A stretch of DNA of 64,000 nucleotides, taken from positions 376,679 through 440,678 of the forward strand of contig BDGG01000003.1 of the NCBI GenBank assembly GCA_001949185.1. The letters are read 5' to 3'. Shown in pieces: positions 13,163 to 26,608 of the stretch; position 1 is the stretch's first letter; each line of letters starts with the position of its first letter. Origin of the DNA: Ramazzottius varieornatus. Lineage: Eukaryota > Animalia > Tardigrada. Made by a program: the position numbers and the translations under genes. The notes under the pieces are model-generated. The model worked only from the letters and a program-made list of their open reading frames with translations, was not told the DNA's origin and did no database searches.

Positions 13163-13801
13163 CTGGGAGTTGTAGAGACGCCCAAAGTTGGGGTGTGATG
13201 TCATAGCCTCGTCCCTACTCCGATTGGTCGGTTTTGCTGGCATCTACAACGTGTCATTTGCCTAAAATTAACTGAACACAAAACGCAATCGAACTAACAA
13301 TACCGGACGTATATGGTTGAGCCAGAGAGCCATAATCCGCCGAGAAAACTTACCGGAACCTCAAAATGAATGTCGAAACTGCTACAATTGACTTCCCCGT
13401 GTGCCCAAACAGCCGAAAAATGCTGCTGCAGAGCTCACACCCATTTGCAGCGAATCTGATAAAAGTTCTTTTGTACCATGTGAAGAATCATTAAGAGCAC
13501 GGCACCAGCCAAAGCGGATTTGAAAGATACGCAGCATTTTTTTCAGTCGGATGGATACATCATGCAGTCAATTGCAACAATGGCAACCCTTCTGACTTTT
13601 GAGGTTCCGGTAAGTTTTTTTTGGCAATTATGGCTTCATAAACCATGTACGTCCGACATCGTTACATAGTTCGGTTGCGTTTTTTGTTCGGTTAGCTTCA
13701 GGCAAATGACACGTTGAAGATGCTAAAAAAACGGACCAATCGTAGTAGGAGGCGAGGCTATGACATCACACGCCAACTTTGGGCGTCTCTACAGATCCCA
13801 G
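13163..13801. mobile_element. Foldback / long-TIR MITE (arms >200 bp)
   Basis: CTGGGA..TGTAGAGACGCCCAAAGTTGG..GTGTGATGTCATAGCCTCG...AAAACTTACCGGAACCTCAAAA is mirrored at ~13597-13801, with more inverted blocks inside. No TSD identified. Confidence 0.8.
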
Positions 13802-14359
13802 ACCCTACGCATCCGGCTAGGAACCCCACTGGACTGGAGAGACTGCGACCGAAGGTCCGATTTTCACTTGTGAGCGAAACTTTCACAAGGGACGTCCTTG
13901 TTGCATTTTTTCTCGGAACGGCTAAGCAGAAAAACGACAAGAATGACGTTAACTTGTAAAAACTTCTCTGACATGTGAGAGGCGAAGTGTCGTACCTCCG
14001 GTCGCAATCTCTTGACTAACAGTCGCCAGCACCAGGCTTATCTTGTCGTGGGCGTGGATTTGCCGTGGAAACTATCAATACACTCCGACAGATGGCGACA
14101 GATGGTGACAGATAGACTGCTCCGTCTCCCATCGGAACTTTGATCCGTGTTGAGTAAAGTGCGATTTGGGGAGCACAAAGTGACGTACTCACCGAGTTCC
14201 GCACTATAGGCCGCATGATGCACACGCACTGCAAAGTTTGGAACATGCGCAGCGTAGTGGGCTCATTTGGTTCAATCGGTTCAAGCCCGTTTCCGTGGGC
14301 TGTTCTGATTGGCTGGACTCTCTGACAAACACTGACCATGGCGGTTATCAACCTCTCTA

Positions 14360-14834
14360 AGCTCTGTTTCATCTGCCCATGGGTGGCACTTTTGGCCTGC
14401 TGGCCACTTCGCCGTACATCGTTTGTGGAATCTTAAACGGCCATAGATCAGTTGTCAATCAGTGGGACGTACTCAGCCCAAGGATGCACAATCAGTCAAT
14501 CAATGGCAAGCTGGCTTGATCGAAGGTGATTTAACGTGTACGTCCCACTGATTGACAACTGATCGTTGATCAGCCGGTGTGCCGCGTTCTGGCGCCAGGG
14601 CACTGATTGACGCGTACGACTGTGTGGTGGATCGTACATACCGGAGATCAGAGATCCTATCAGCTGATCTTCCCCGGTAGCGGGATGATCAGGAGATCAT
14701 CTCATCTTTCTAAAAGGGCCAAGCTGTCGCAGAAACCGATCTAAGATCTATGGCCGTTCAAGATTCCACGAACGATGTACGGCGAAGTGGCCAGCACGCC
14801 AAAAGTACCACCCATGGGCAGATGAAACAGAGCT
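14360..14834. mobile_element. MITE with ~90-bp TIRs and a nested internal inverted repeat
   Basis: AGCTCTGTTTCATCTGCCCATGGGTGG...ACGGCCATAGATC mirrored at ~14746-14834; TA flanks; inner perfect 27-bp IR at 14446-14472 / 14538-14564. Confidence 0.88.
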
Positions 14835-15566
14835 TAATCTGGAATATCTAATACTCTAATACGAGTAAGTAAGCACATGAACCGCTCAAGAAACTATCTT
14901 ATGCATGTATACTATAGGCCATTATTTTAGGCTGAATTCTTGACTGGTCACTTAGAACGTGACGTTTCAGCACGCTTCGTCAGTGTGAGAATTGACGTCA
15001 GCAAGACCATATCCAACCGCAGTGCCAAGCCCTTGATACTTGCCGGTGGCCATGCGCGCTGTTGTTCCGCACGCAGGAAACGCTAACCTGTCGTACAGCA
15101 CTCTTACGATACAGCCGACGTACATGCAATCACTACTATAAAGTTTAAGGAATGATGTACACCGGATGGCTATAATGTATACGAGATGCATAACAGTATT
15201 AGGTTTTTCGGTACGATTTTGCCGTTTTTTCCACCCCAAATTTGAATTTCTGTTCTCTGAAACGGGCTGAGATATTTCTACAGATCATTCTTAGCGATGT
15301 AGCCCTGTCATTTGTCCTCTAGACCTGCATCAAAATATCCGGATCCGTTAGCACTGCGGGTTTACATAAATAGCAGTGCCGAAGGTGGAACCCCTTGAAA
15401 TTCAGGTTTCCAACATAAAGTTATTTTTCTTGTCGACGCCCGCGCTTTCATAAACCTCCAAAGTATTGCAAACACAGCCTTCACCCAATTACTATCAAAT
15501 GTCCCGTTACAAGTCTTGAAGAAAAATCTGCTTGAAGAAATAGCCAGGTCAGGTGGGAAAGAAGAT

Positions 15567-18500
15567 GGGTAACGTCAAGTTAGAAGGCTAAACCTTGAAT
15601 TTCTTCCAACTGCACAGGAATTGACTTCTTGTGTTTTGGCACCTGAGGGCGATCCGAGGGCTTCTATCCGATGCGATAAAGCAACTCAAAAACTTACTAT
15701 CGCGCGTTACAGAAATATCGTCAGACTAATGAGACAGAAGATATTGACGCGGGAACCAAGGGTGGGAAGAAGAAAATTTCGAAAACGCAATATTCTAGAA
15801 CAAGACTGAAATATGCTCTCAAACTGAACACTAAAACTGCACTGACGTTTGATACTGTAAATGAAATGGAAATCTACAGAAACAGACACAAAGACCAAAA
15901 GAGCATAAAATGTGACAGCGACGTGCTGATATAATTCACTCGTCACTATTCCTCGTTGCTTTCGTCTTCCGAATCTTCGTCCATCGGCTCTTTGTACATT
16001 GACTTAACGTAAGCGAGCCATTCTTCTTGCTTGTCAGAGGATACGAACTGGGTAATCTCGTCGATGATTTGGTTCTTGCGGATCTCGTCAAGACCTGCAA
16101 CGCGGAGCTCTCTCGGGGTAGGCCTCTCGTCTACGCGCTTTTGACGTTCTGCCTGAGTGTCCTTCCTTACTCTCTTTTTGTGATTGTATTCGAGGACCAG
16201 CTCTTTCTCTGCGTCCCCTTCGACAGCGCAGTGACGGAGCTTTACACCTTGATCTTCGCGTTTGAAGAGCCGGAAGTGGAATGATCCCTTTATGCCCTTC
16301 ACTTCGTCGTGACGGGGTTCGAGGTACGCCTTTCAGTTGAACCACTTCCAGCTGAACGGTGCTTCGCCTTTTACAAACGTCATAGAGTGCTTCACCTGTT
16401 GACCGACACTTTCACGTAGCTTGTTGGGTAAGTCCAGATTCAGATGTCGAAACACACGCTTGAACAGCCCGGAAAACGCATCAGGGCTAAATTTGGTATG
16501 TCCAACGGGCAGGAAGTGAACTTCAACTTCGTTGTACCTGCCAGTGTTGATCAGATGAGCAGTGTACCCAATCAAAAAACGGTTCTTGTTTTGGCCACCT
16601 GTAATAAATACAATTTTTCTAGATTACAGTAACAGTGCAGGAATAATTATTGTGGGATCACAACGTACCGCAATCATCGCAATACATGATCAGCTTTTTC
16701 TCTCCATTATGTTATTGTGTCAGGTAGTGGTCCACCATGGAAAGCACGGAGTCCGGTCCGTGAGTTCCCGTACCATTAACCCCTATCGTATTCCCCTCAT
16801 CCATAAGAAATGGTTTTTCGACCTTGTTTCGTGAACAAGCCTAAACAGCGCCATCTTCTTCGCAAATCGTCCACAACTTTGCCCATACGGCTACCATTGT
16901 AGATCTGACTGATCAGCTGGTCACAAGTGCCACAAAAGTCAGTGCGTAGCCCACGGATCTTTACGTGTCCGACAAGTCTGCGCCACACCGAGCAGAATGT
17001 ATTTTTCGACAATGGCTGCTTTATCGTACCATCATCGTTCGGTCTTCCGTGTCTCTTGCAGAACATGTCAAACAAGGAAGTTATGCTGAAATCGGACGGT
17101 AAGTAGATGGATGGAAGCTGGATAGCAGCTCTTGTGGACGTTGGCATGGGTAGGCCGAAGAGGGAAGCCTTTTCCAGAAGAAAACTGACATTCCATAGGG
17201 TCTTTTCCGGCTTGAACACGTTGTAGGAGTTTTTTCCAATTTGACCATGCAAGTAAAATTGGCAAGTAAAAACCGCCATTTGTAACGCGGTTTTTCAGCC
17301 GCTGTAGTTTCTTGTCCTTCACATTGTTAACGTACTTGAAACCGCCACGGCAGAGTTCGAAACCGTGGGCGAATTGGCACTGTACTTGGCTTGCCGAAAG
17401 TCATCCTCACTTTTGTCCCTTGGGAAAGCTTTGACGAGAAACCCAATCAAGACAGCGTAGCACTCACTGCGGCTCAGGTCAAACAGACTGTGAAGACGGT
17501 TGATGTACTGATCTTTCGTCAGCTGGGCGCATTTTTTGTTGCATTGGTGGTGCTGCTGAAACGCTTCGTACTCGCCGTCTTCCTGCTCCGCGTTCCACTT
17601 TCTTACTCTTTTACCACGACGGGCAACCTGCTGCATAAAATTTAATTAACAATATACATATATGTATATTTCGTAGGGTCCATTGAAAAATGAATAACAG
17701 CGCTCAATTGTAAACATACGTTTCCCTGTATTGTATAGTGGCATGTTGCGAAAGTTGGACTGGTTGTTGAACGCGAACTTTGGCTGACTTTCAGCTGGAC
17801 AACTAGTCGGGACAGTTTACTTGACAAAGCAGTATTTTGCGATTCCAACTCCCCAGAAGCAACGTTAAGAAAAGCGCTATATGCTACTTGTCGGAAAGAA
17901 GTAAAGCATAAGACGAGAATGTCACGAATGCGATCTTTGATGGCTATAGCTATGACTTGTCAAGCCAAATGACAAAATCAGTTCGAGGATGGCTTTACTG
18001 CATATGAAAGAGGCGTTCACCGGAGCTCAGTTCCCCTCATAGCATCATGTTATCGTTGCAATAGATTCCACTGTGCCACGTTTAAATAGGTTGCTGATAA
18101 AGCGAAACGGTAGTTTGGACTACTCAAATTTCCTAAAACCGTTCCATGCCTGCTGCACTGTAATACCCCAGCTAAATTTACTGTTAAGCGTTCCCTACCA
18201 TCGGACGCTTTTGATATGTGTCCCTGAACCTTTATCTCATGAAAAGTTTGTCTTTCTATCATAAACATAATCGCGTCTAGGCTAGGAATTATGTGGTTCC
18301 ATACGCAACGATAGTCACCCTTCATGTGACTACGGTTGCGCGACAATGGCTGCATGTGCGACCCGACCATGCCCTGCCTGCCTATCTTGCATTGCTCGGT
18401 CCAGCTGTCGGTTACAGATTTTTAGCCGGGCATTGTCTAATGTCCGAGTCCAGTGTACTGTCCAGGCTTTGAGCAAGCCTCGCTAGTTGAATGTTGCAAG

Positions 18501-19389
18501 CAAGATATGGTGGTCATTATTTCATCAAAGCAGTCTATTTGACCTGCTGTCCAACGTCCGTGGCTACGTCCACTATTCCTTCGGCAGCTTCTTGATCCGC
18601 CATTATTAGCCGTCGAAGGTCTTCGTCGTAGATATTGTCATACGAGTCCTCCATTGTTATTCCATTTCCGTCCTGTAAATCGTACATAGTTATTGTCTGG
18701 TTGAGATGTTCGCTGACTGCTAATGGACCGTCATCGGCGTGAAAAGTCTCAGTAGAGAACTCCATATCGGGAAAGGCCGGAGTGCATAGCGGTGTTGTAA
18801 TTAGTTGTCCACTTGGAACTTCCTCGTCTTCATCATCTATAATATTACACTGTTCCACATACGATCACGAAACAGCCCAACATTGCTTACTAATGTTGTG
18901 CAACTCGAGTACGAAGTGGGCGTATGATGATATCGGAGTCATTCCTAACAAGAAGCATTTTTTGTAGACTTACCAGTATCAGTGACCGACCCATCTTCAT
19001 CTTTTTCTTCCGCTTCGGTAGGTGCCTGCGGTCCGATAAACACAACACCGCTCTCATACCGCGTGCCCGTCGAGTTGATCTGCACGGTTGGAGATGCTTT
19101 TTTGCAGAACGTGAGATGCCCAGTTAGCCGATCCGTCTTCGGTGTCCTGATAACTTCGCCGCAGTATCTACACTCATGAGGATAACCTATTGTTAATTTG
19201 AATCGTTTGCTTATGAAAATGAGTCAACAAACTAATGTCCGACAACAAAAATTTTTTTGCCGGCTTCTTTGTGTGCGGCCTTTTGCAGCATTCTCAGGTT
19301 CGATGCAGGTTTTTTTCTCTACAGGATAGGCGAAGAAAAACCCTTTTCGGAACTTTCAGAATATTTAGCCATCTAACTTGACGCTACCC
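15567..19389 (-). mobile_element. Sola-superfamily DNA transposon, full length with decayed transposase
   Basis: 26-bp TIR GGGTA(A/G)CGTCAAGTTAGA(A/T)GGCTAAA; perfect 4-bp TSD AGAT (15563-66, 19390-93); contains Sola-type transposase remnants. Confidence 0.85.
15946..19187 (-). pseudogene. Sola-type DDD transposase pseudogene (stops, frameshifts, introns)
   Basis: IYLPSD..FCSVW...RTDFCGTCDQ; MYCDDCG|GQNKN split by an intron near 16599-16668; FLPVGHTKFSPDAFSGLFK. Upstream exons hold a C-x2-C...H-x3-C finger (YPHECRYCGEVIRTPKTDRLTGHLTFC, ~19185-19105) and an acidic segment (18535-18858). Confidence 0.78.
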
Positions 19390-19667
19390 AGATCAGAAAA
19401 CTCAGAGGGAAAACGGCGCCGTTCTGATTCTTCGAGTCTCTGATCCAGACTTGGGTTTAGCTGTAAATACCTCTTAGCAGAGAGACTAGAGAATTAGAGG
19501 AACACGTATGTACGTCACGCCAGTCTTCCATTGATAAAGTCATTGCCGAACTAGCTTCTTTCGAAGGTCGAGGTCAAATGGATGACCTTGGAGGATTTTT
19601 AGGTGCCCAGAGAAAACGACACATCGGCCTGACCTGACAGATCGAGCCACTGCGCATCAATTGTGTA

Positions 19668-20100
19668 CAATGATGAGCATTACACGCAGATAGTCCATGT
19701 AATGTAAAGTGTAATGTAAAATAGTGTAATTTTGAAAGTGTAATTACATTTTATACTAGTCAACATTTTACAGACCGAGCGGTTTGTAACGCCTAAAGGA
19801 GACAAGGAGGAAGAAAACGACGAATCAGCTATGTCTATGTTTGCACAGAATATAGATCTTAGTAATTGTCTTCCAGACAAAGATAAAAATACGGTTGCAA
19901 AATGACCGTATTCAGGAAGTTTCTGACACTTTTCCGCGTAAGTCAGCCGAATTTTAGATTTCTGGCGCCAAAACACTCAAACAGGTAAAAGTTGTAATTA
20001 CATTTTACATTTACATTACAACTTCCCCGTGGTTGTGTCGTGTAAAGGTGTAATTGTAATGTAAAATGTAATGTAAGGTAAGATGTAATGCTCTTCATTG
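19668..20100. mobile_element. Non-autonomous hAT MITE of the same family as 10818-13125
   Basis: TIR CAATGA(T/A)GAGCATTACA; left ~120 bp aligns to the reverse complement of ~13005-13125; many TGTAAT repeats; flanks do not form a TSD. Confidence 0.82.
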
Positions 20101-21993
20101 CCTCTACCACCTCAAGTCTCTCTGCTTCTGGTAAGGGCTGTTTTTGGACACCATTGCTTTGAGCTTTCGATGACAGGGGAAAATGAAACAAAATAGGAAC
20201 TACCACCTCACTAAAGTGGGGCATCAAAACTGTTGGTAGTGGATCCGCATACTACCCGCACAACTTTCTAATCGACGCTATAGGCACTACCTTTTACCCC
20301 GCGTACTATCGAACTTCTAAAATTCCGGAAGTGGTCTCATTTCAGTCGGTAGATATTCCTGCCAGTGCAGCGAGAATTTCCTTCGGAATTTAAAATTAGA
20401 ATTTTTCTACGAGAGTACGAGTACGACGAGTGTACGACTGACAGGAATTTCCTCAAGGTATTAAGCCAGCCCTGCAGGCAGCGCTTCGATAGAAGTATAT
20501 AAGCTGGAAGCTGTCAGTTGTTTGGACTTTTTTTCTTCCTTCAGTTGAATTTTCATCAGTAAAGTGTAGTACAAACTCCAGCTTTTGCCGGTCTTCTGTA
20601 AAGCCTAACTGGCTGACTGACAGGTCTACGAGGTCCTTCAATCTTCCTTGGTGGTTGAACCTGTCGATGGTCGGCGAAGCCTGAGGTTCCTGTAGGATCA
20701 AAGTCGATGGCGCTTGGCTAAGGCCCTTTTGAAATACCGGGATCACCTGGCGGACACTGGCGAGGTGAGTCTCTGAGACGAACGAGTAGCCTACAGGTCC
20801 TAAAGGAAGAAAGGGTCACTCGTGTGACGGATTGGAAAGTATCAGTGGTGGTTTGTCTGGAAGGCTTGTGGAGTGGGGTTTTGTGTTGAACAGGCAAAGC
20901 GCCGGCACCATCAGGTTCTCTATCAACTTGAAGTTTAGCCGAGGCTGACGTCCGTTTATAGTTTTCGTTAGTCGGACGATAAAAATTATTAATCGAGGTG
21001 CAGTGTGAATTAGCCTACCGCCTGAGCTAGCAATTTTGTGCAGGCTTTTTGCCGTGGTGAGGGTTCTTTACGCTACACCAGGGGACAATCACACTCAGTC
21101 AGAATCTAGAAAGATGATGGGATTTGCTGCACCTTGGTATTGCGAAAGTTGCTGCACTTTGTATATATAGATAGTTTCACGTGAAAACGCCATGGCTGTG
21201 GCATCGTCTGCCGGGATGGTGCCGGGCACATTGGGAGAAACCCGCTTTTGCTTAGATTCTCTACGTTGAGGCGGCACTACAGGATAGTTTGCTTTGAAAC
21301 AGCTCTGATCCTAGACGCGACACCTCATTCCATGGTAGCTTGACTTCTGCGATCTGCTATTCAAATTTTCACGGCACCTCAGCTCAAATTTGTTTTCCCA
21401 ACGAAATTTAAAGTAGTCCACGAAGTAACAGGTACTATCGCGAAAGGCATTACGCGGAGCCCCTTGGTAGTGTTTAATTTCATATTAGGTAGTATGTGGA
21501 GTGTTTAGGTAGTGTGGGTAGTATGCGGAGCCAGTGCCAAATGTTTTTGGGTGAGTGGCAGAGAGGCTCCGATAACGAACAGCAGTGATAATCATATGCA
21601 CGATCAACCTTGACACGAGCAGGCACCTTCTGATTAATGCCGTCCGACGTGCGGAAAAGGAGGTCGATGCACGAAGAAAACAATGGGTGGTAGTGACATT
21701 TGCACAAGCTATCGACTTAACGAACATGCGAACAGTATCAAGGTTATCTACCAATGTCAATATTATTACTTAGTAATAAAGAAAATACCGTGTCGCACCC
21801 GTCGGAACCGTGCACAAAATCACCGGAATACCTACGTAACTATTAATGAGACTAATTACGGAAAGAACAGAAAAAAACGCAAAAGCTTAGGGTGTATAAA
21901 AAGAAGTTTGTCACCGGAGAAAAAGCATCAATTTCATACCTCCTTCCACTTATCTACATCGGCATTGCTTCTTCCTGTTCCCCAGCAGAAACC

Positions 21994-22854
21994 ATGAAGT
22001 GTCTCGTCGTCCTTTCCGTCCTGGTGGCTGTGGCCAGCGCTGGTTCGCTGCACCGAGTTCGCCGTGCCAATGGCGACCAGAACACCGAAGTGTGGGACGC
22101 CTTGGACAAGCTTTGAGGAAAATCTCTGGGTACTGATCAGATCCAAGAGATCTAGGCCGCTGCCCAACCTGGACAGGACTACCCCACTCTGTCGGAGATC
22201 CCCCAGTCCAACATTGACTGCGCTTCGTTCAGGCAGCCTGGTTTCTACGCTGATGTCAGCAACCGGTGCCAAGTCTTCCACCGCTGTGACGTCAATGGAA
22301 ATCTGACCAGCTACCTGTGTCCCAACATGACTGTAAGTAGACCTGTGCCAAAATGACGTGTTGTTATGCAGTTCCTGATCGAAGCTGGAAAAGGTGTTGC
22401 CGTATCTCGTTTCCGAATACTTCGACCAGTGTGTCCTTTTGCGAGCGCGCAACAGGATGCCAGAGACTCTAAGGGACTGCTATTTATGCATGTGATGTCT
22501 TCACGGTCTGTTTCTGTTGTAGGTGTTCAACCAAATCACCGTAATTTGCGACTGGTTCTGGAACGTTGACTGCAGTCAGCCCAAGCAGTTCCATGATTAC
22601 TCCAACAGCCGTCTGTACACCGAAGGAAATGTCTTGTTGGACAATCAGGATGACTACCTGATCCAAGCCGCCATTGGTGCCGCCTAATTGTCCGCCTCCG
22701 CATCGTCCAGCAGAGCTCCAGTAGCCGTACCAGTAGCAAGAGCAGGAGCCTCAAGAAGCAGTCGCGCTCTGACTCTTCGGAATCTCGTGATCAAGTTGAT
22801 CAACCTTCCGGAAATGACGCCGCTGAGGAAGCATTCCAAGCTCAATTAGAGTAA
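21994..22854 (+). pseudogene. Secreted chitin-binding type-2 (CBM14/peritrophin-A) gene, disrupted
   Basis: Signal peptide MKCLVVLSVLVAVASA, RVRR site, PGQDYP..C...PGFYADV..RCQVFHRC...YLCPNMT|VFNQ..ICDWFWNVDC; intron 22333-22522; in-frame stops TGA 22114, TAG 22153, TAA 22685 and a probable frameshift in the Ser-rich tail. Confidence 0.85.
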
Positions 22855-23338
22855 ACGCAACGTACGAGCGTCCGCGGTGTGCCAGTCATGACGTCTTTTG
22901 TAATTTCTGAAAGATATCTGAAAGAACAAAACCTCATCTCTAAAAATTCCATAATCGACTAGAAAAGCCCTAACTTGATCTAAACGCATGCAGGACTAAA
23001 AACAGAAAATGACGCGAAGATGTCAAAATTACTTCGCAACTGAATTACGAGGAGGGATGCTCAACTTTTCACTTTACTTAGGTCAAATTCTGCAGTTGTC
23101 GCGGCCATGTGTCTAGCTCAGCTGATCGTGTACTACCGCCATAAGGCGACCCAGCAAGAGTTCGTAAAGTTTCTGCATTTCCGATTTTCGATAGAAATGA
23201 TGGTAACCGTCAATGTGCACCTGCCACGAAGACACTTCATTTCTACTTTCGGCGCCACATACGACTGAACCTTTGTGCGAAGTTGCCTGAAAAACACGAG
23301 AGCCTTTACTCTATTTTAACGGAAACAGAAAAGGATTT

Positions 23339-25661
23339 TCACGCTTTCTTAGCCTTCAACTTTACTACGGAAAGCGCAAGTGTCTTCTTCGATACAAGCT
23401 TCGACCTGGCATTCGACGTGGCAGTGGAGGCTGTTGGTTTCTTCCTCGGTGCAAGGGTAGCCCTAACTGGTGCTTTGCTCCGCTTGGCTCTGGTTTTTGA
23501 AGGACATCCTTCAGGACCGGCCACCGGTGAATCTCTGGTCGGCTGAGGTACAAACACGTCGCTTGCTATCTCCGCTGCTACCTGCTTGACGGTCTTTCTT
23601 TGTCGCTTTGCTGGAGGTGCACAAGGGTATCCTTGGCTTGCGATCGGGCTCACTTCTTCGCTGTCTGTCGTCCTTTTCTCCACTGCCTCGATGTTCCGCT
23701 TTCGGTTCCTCAAACCTTTGGCTTCTCCTTGTTCTTTGCAATCGCTGCTTTCTTTGCGCTGATGTAAGTGCTCTCTGTAAGAATCCTACCATTGGACACA
23801 TCCAAACGCGAATCTTTTTCCCGACGTTTCTTTTGAGGAGTACTCCGCAGCAAGTTCTTATGGAACTCTAAAGCGACGACTGAGCCTGCCGATTGCCCTG
23901 TCACGATCTTTTTGATTTCCAACAGGCAGCTGGTTGTCTTGTCATCGTTTAGGCCAATCTTTTCGCGCAGAATCCTTGCGATGTCAGCAAAGGGAAAAAA
24001 ATTTTGTTTTCGAGCTTTGGTTTGATTTTGTATCATGTCTTGGTTGGTTTTTGATCGAATAAGACACATATAAGAGGGTATCCTTGGCTATCAGAGTCTC
24101 ACCTAAGTTGAAAGAATACGGAGGAAAATCTGACCTCCATAGTTTGACGATGTGCGCTGGGAAATTGTGACGAGACACCTACAAATTGAGATTTTAGAAT
24201 GAAAGTTTTGCCAGATCCCGTTTTCTAAAGGGTCGTCAGTTCTTGATGGCAAATGTCGAATTACTCACATCAATTGTGATGTCAATCCTGGAATCCCGCA
24301 GGTAGCTGTGCCACTTTTGCTTTACTCCACCAAAGACCTCTTTATCCAGTGGCTGAAAGAAAGTTGTCTGGCCAGAAGGAAGAGCGACAACTCGGATTTC
24401 TTTCTCATGCTCCATACAGGCCACGAAAAAGGCGACACAGCTCAGATGAGAAGAATGTCCATCGAGAAACACTACGTTCTGTGAAGGAACAAAACCTACA
24501 AGGTTAACCTTGTCGCTGTTGGTACAGAATAAGATACAGGATTCATGGAACTGACAGCAATATTATTGCTTAAAACTCGTACAAGGATTACCTTGGGACA
24601 TCTGATGGATGAAAAAAATTCCTTCTCGAGAAATTCGGTTAGAACCTCAGTGTCCATCACTCCCGAAGAATTCGTGCCAACGTATCAAGCGTCGTGAGTG
24701 TCCCGAAAGTGGGATTCAATGTGCATCTTTCCTTTATAGAGAGAATCAACGGGCGTAGCATCATCCCTGCAGCGTTTCCCATAGCCAAAAGAGAAATATT
24801 CTCTCGGTCGCTTTCTGTGCCTTTGACGTAGCCGACCGCTTCCTTCACGCCTTTCTCCGAGTAGACCCTATCATACAACTCCGCCAGCTTGAATCCCGAC
24901 TCGTCCAAGTTCCATATTCATTCAGGATTATCGAGAAATCCTTCGTCACCTAATTTCTGCAGAAGGGAAATCCATTCTTCGCAGCGCGTCTTTGTCCATT
25001 CCCTCGATTTCTTGAAGCTCAACGCGCTGAGTATCCGTAGGGAAATCTCGCGGTTTCTGCAAAGGGACTTCTGGTGCCATCGATCAGTAAATTTAGCCTC
25101 GTCCATGCCTAAAAAGAGAACTGTAATGACAAGGTTATCCTTGGTGCCCGTTGAACCGGAAGTTGGACAGGGCATTATTTCACGTTTAGAATCTTGGTGA
25201 TGTTATTCACGTGGCTATGCTGCGTACGAATGAAATCCAGCAAAACCATGCTTACCTTTCGCGAGGGCGATTGCTTTGACGATTTTGATGAAAGTGCGCT
25301 TGCCCAGTGGAACTCCAATCTTGGAACAACGAACGAGGATTTCGCAGATTTCCGTCTCTTCCTCCAGCGTGAAAGTGTTGGGACGTCGGGCCTTCTTCGG
25401 ATGTTTCCCCTTGACTTTATTGTAGAGAATCTTCTGAGGTATGTGGTACTTCTCGGCAGCCATCCTTGTGGACATTCCGTCATTGACAGCGGCTATGGCA
25501 GTTTCCATGTCCGGATGATGTTGCACGTATCCCCTCTTCTGCGGTTTACCCATCGACCTGTGCTGTGGATGAGGATAGCTCTCGGACATCGCAGAGCTTG
25601 TTGAAGATATGCCTTCAGACATGCTGGACATACAAGGTAAACCTCGGAAAGGAGAAGACAA
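23339..25661 (-). pseudogene. pogo-like (HTH_psq + CENP-B HTH + DDE_1) transposase, disrupted
   Basis: METAIAAVNDGMSTRMAAEKYHIPQK (psq HTH); TFTLEEETEI; NPE*IWNLDESGF; VFLDGHSSH...FQPLD; stops and frameshifts. Degenerate inverted ends near 23118 and 25860. Confidence 0.85.
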
Positions 25662-26608
25662 GAAAGAGAGATAGCCTTCCCTGAGAGCAAGCAGTGTTCA
25701 CGCAAATTTGCGGAAACAATGTGTTTTCGCTCGGAAGTTAGTAAAGTTTCTGCATTTCCGATTTCTAATAGAAACCAGCCGTGAAGTTATAGTGATGTTC
25801 CGTTACTACTGCGCGATTTCTATTCGGTTCGGCACGTATGCGGTTTACTGGATCAGCTGATCTTGAGCTGCCGTGCGCCCTCTGCTGAAAGTGTGCACCC
25901 TAATATCGGGAACCATTTTGAAACGATCTTCCTTGTTGAATTATTTCCGCCATAATGTGTCACTTAATCCTGATTCGAGCTGGTTCAAACTGAAGCAAAG
26001 TGTTGGGACAGATTTACCAATTAATTTGACAATTTCTGATTGGAAAGCTATTGAGAAAATTGTCAGTTAGAAAAGTAGTATATAGTTCGGCGAGTCAGAA
26101 AAGTTGGGCTTTGCTCCTCGTACAGTAACACCGTCGAATTTGGCCACTTTTCCTGAACGGTAGATTTCTGCTGTCAACTACTTTTTTCGCAGCCCGGTCC
26201 CTGTTTTATTTATTCTGGATAGAATTCTCGCAGGACCTCAATAGTCGCAAAACGAGAGGATTTCTAGATTTTTGCTCGTGAAGAAAAGGAAGGTGTAAGA
26301 TTACCAGAATTCCTGGGATAATTGCAAAAACTGAGAAATGAATTTCAGAAATGGACCTGAAAACTACCGAAAGTTCGGGGCAGCTTTCCCTTTGCACCAC
26401 GCCTGATTCCATGCTTTTTTCGACGTCCGTTAGACATATTTCTGCCCACTTATCTTTCAGGACGTTGTAAAAAGGAATCTGAACCAAAAAAGATTAGTTT
26501 CGAAGCTGAGCAAAAACCCGGTCGAAAATGTTCTAATTTTTGGTGGTCCCTTGGGCGCCTCGGCCTGTAGAGTATCTCCTCGAGTCATTCAGTCACGACG
26601 AGAAATTA

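Noticed and set aside
20453-21760. Short minus-strand ORFs as a gene
   Set aside because: No recognisable motif or consistent splice model, although GTACGA repeats near 20410 hint at a TE remnant.
21994-22854. Stop-codon recoding or alternative genetic code
   Set aside because: All three stop types plus a frameshift occur in this gene, and neighbouring intact genes terminate with standard stops.
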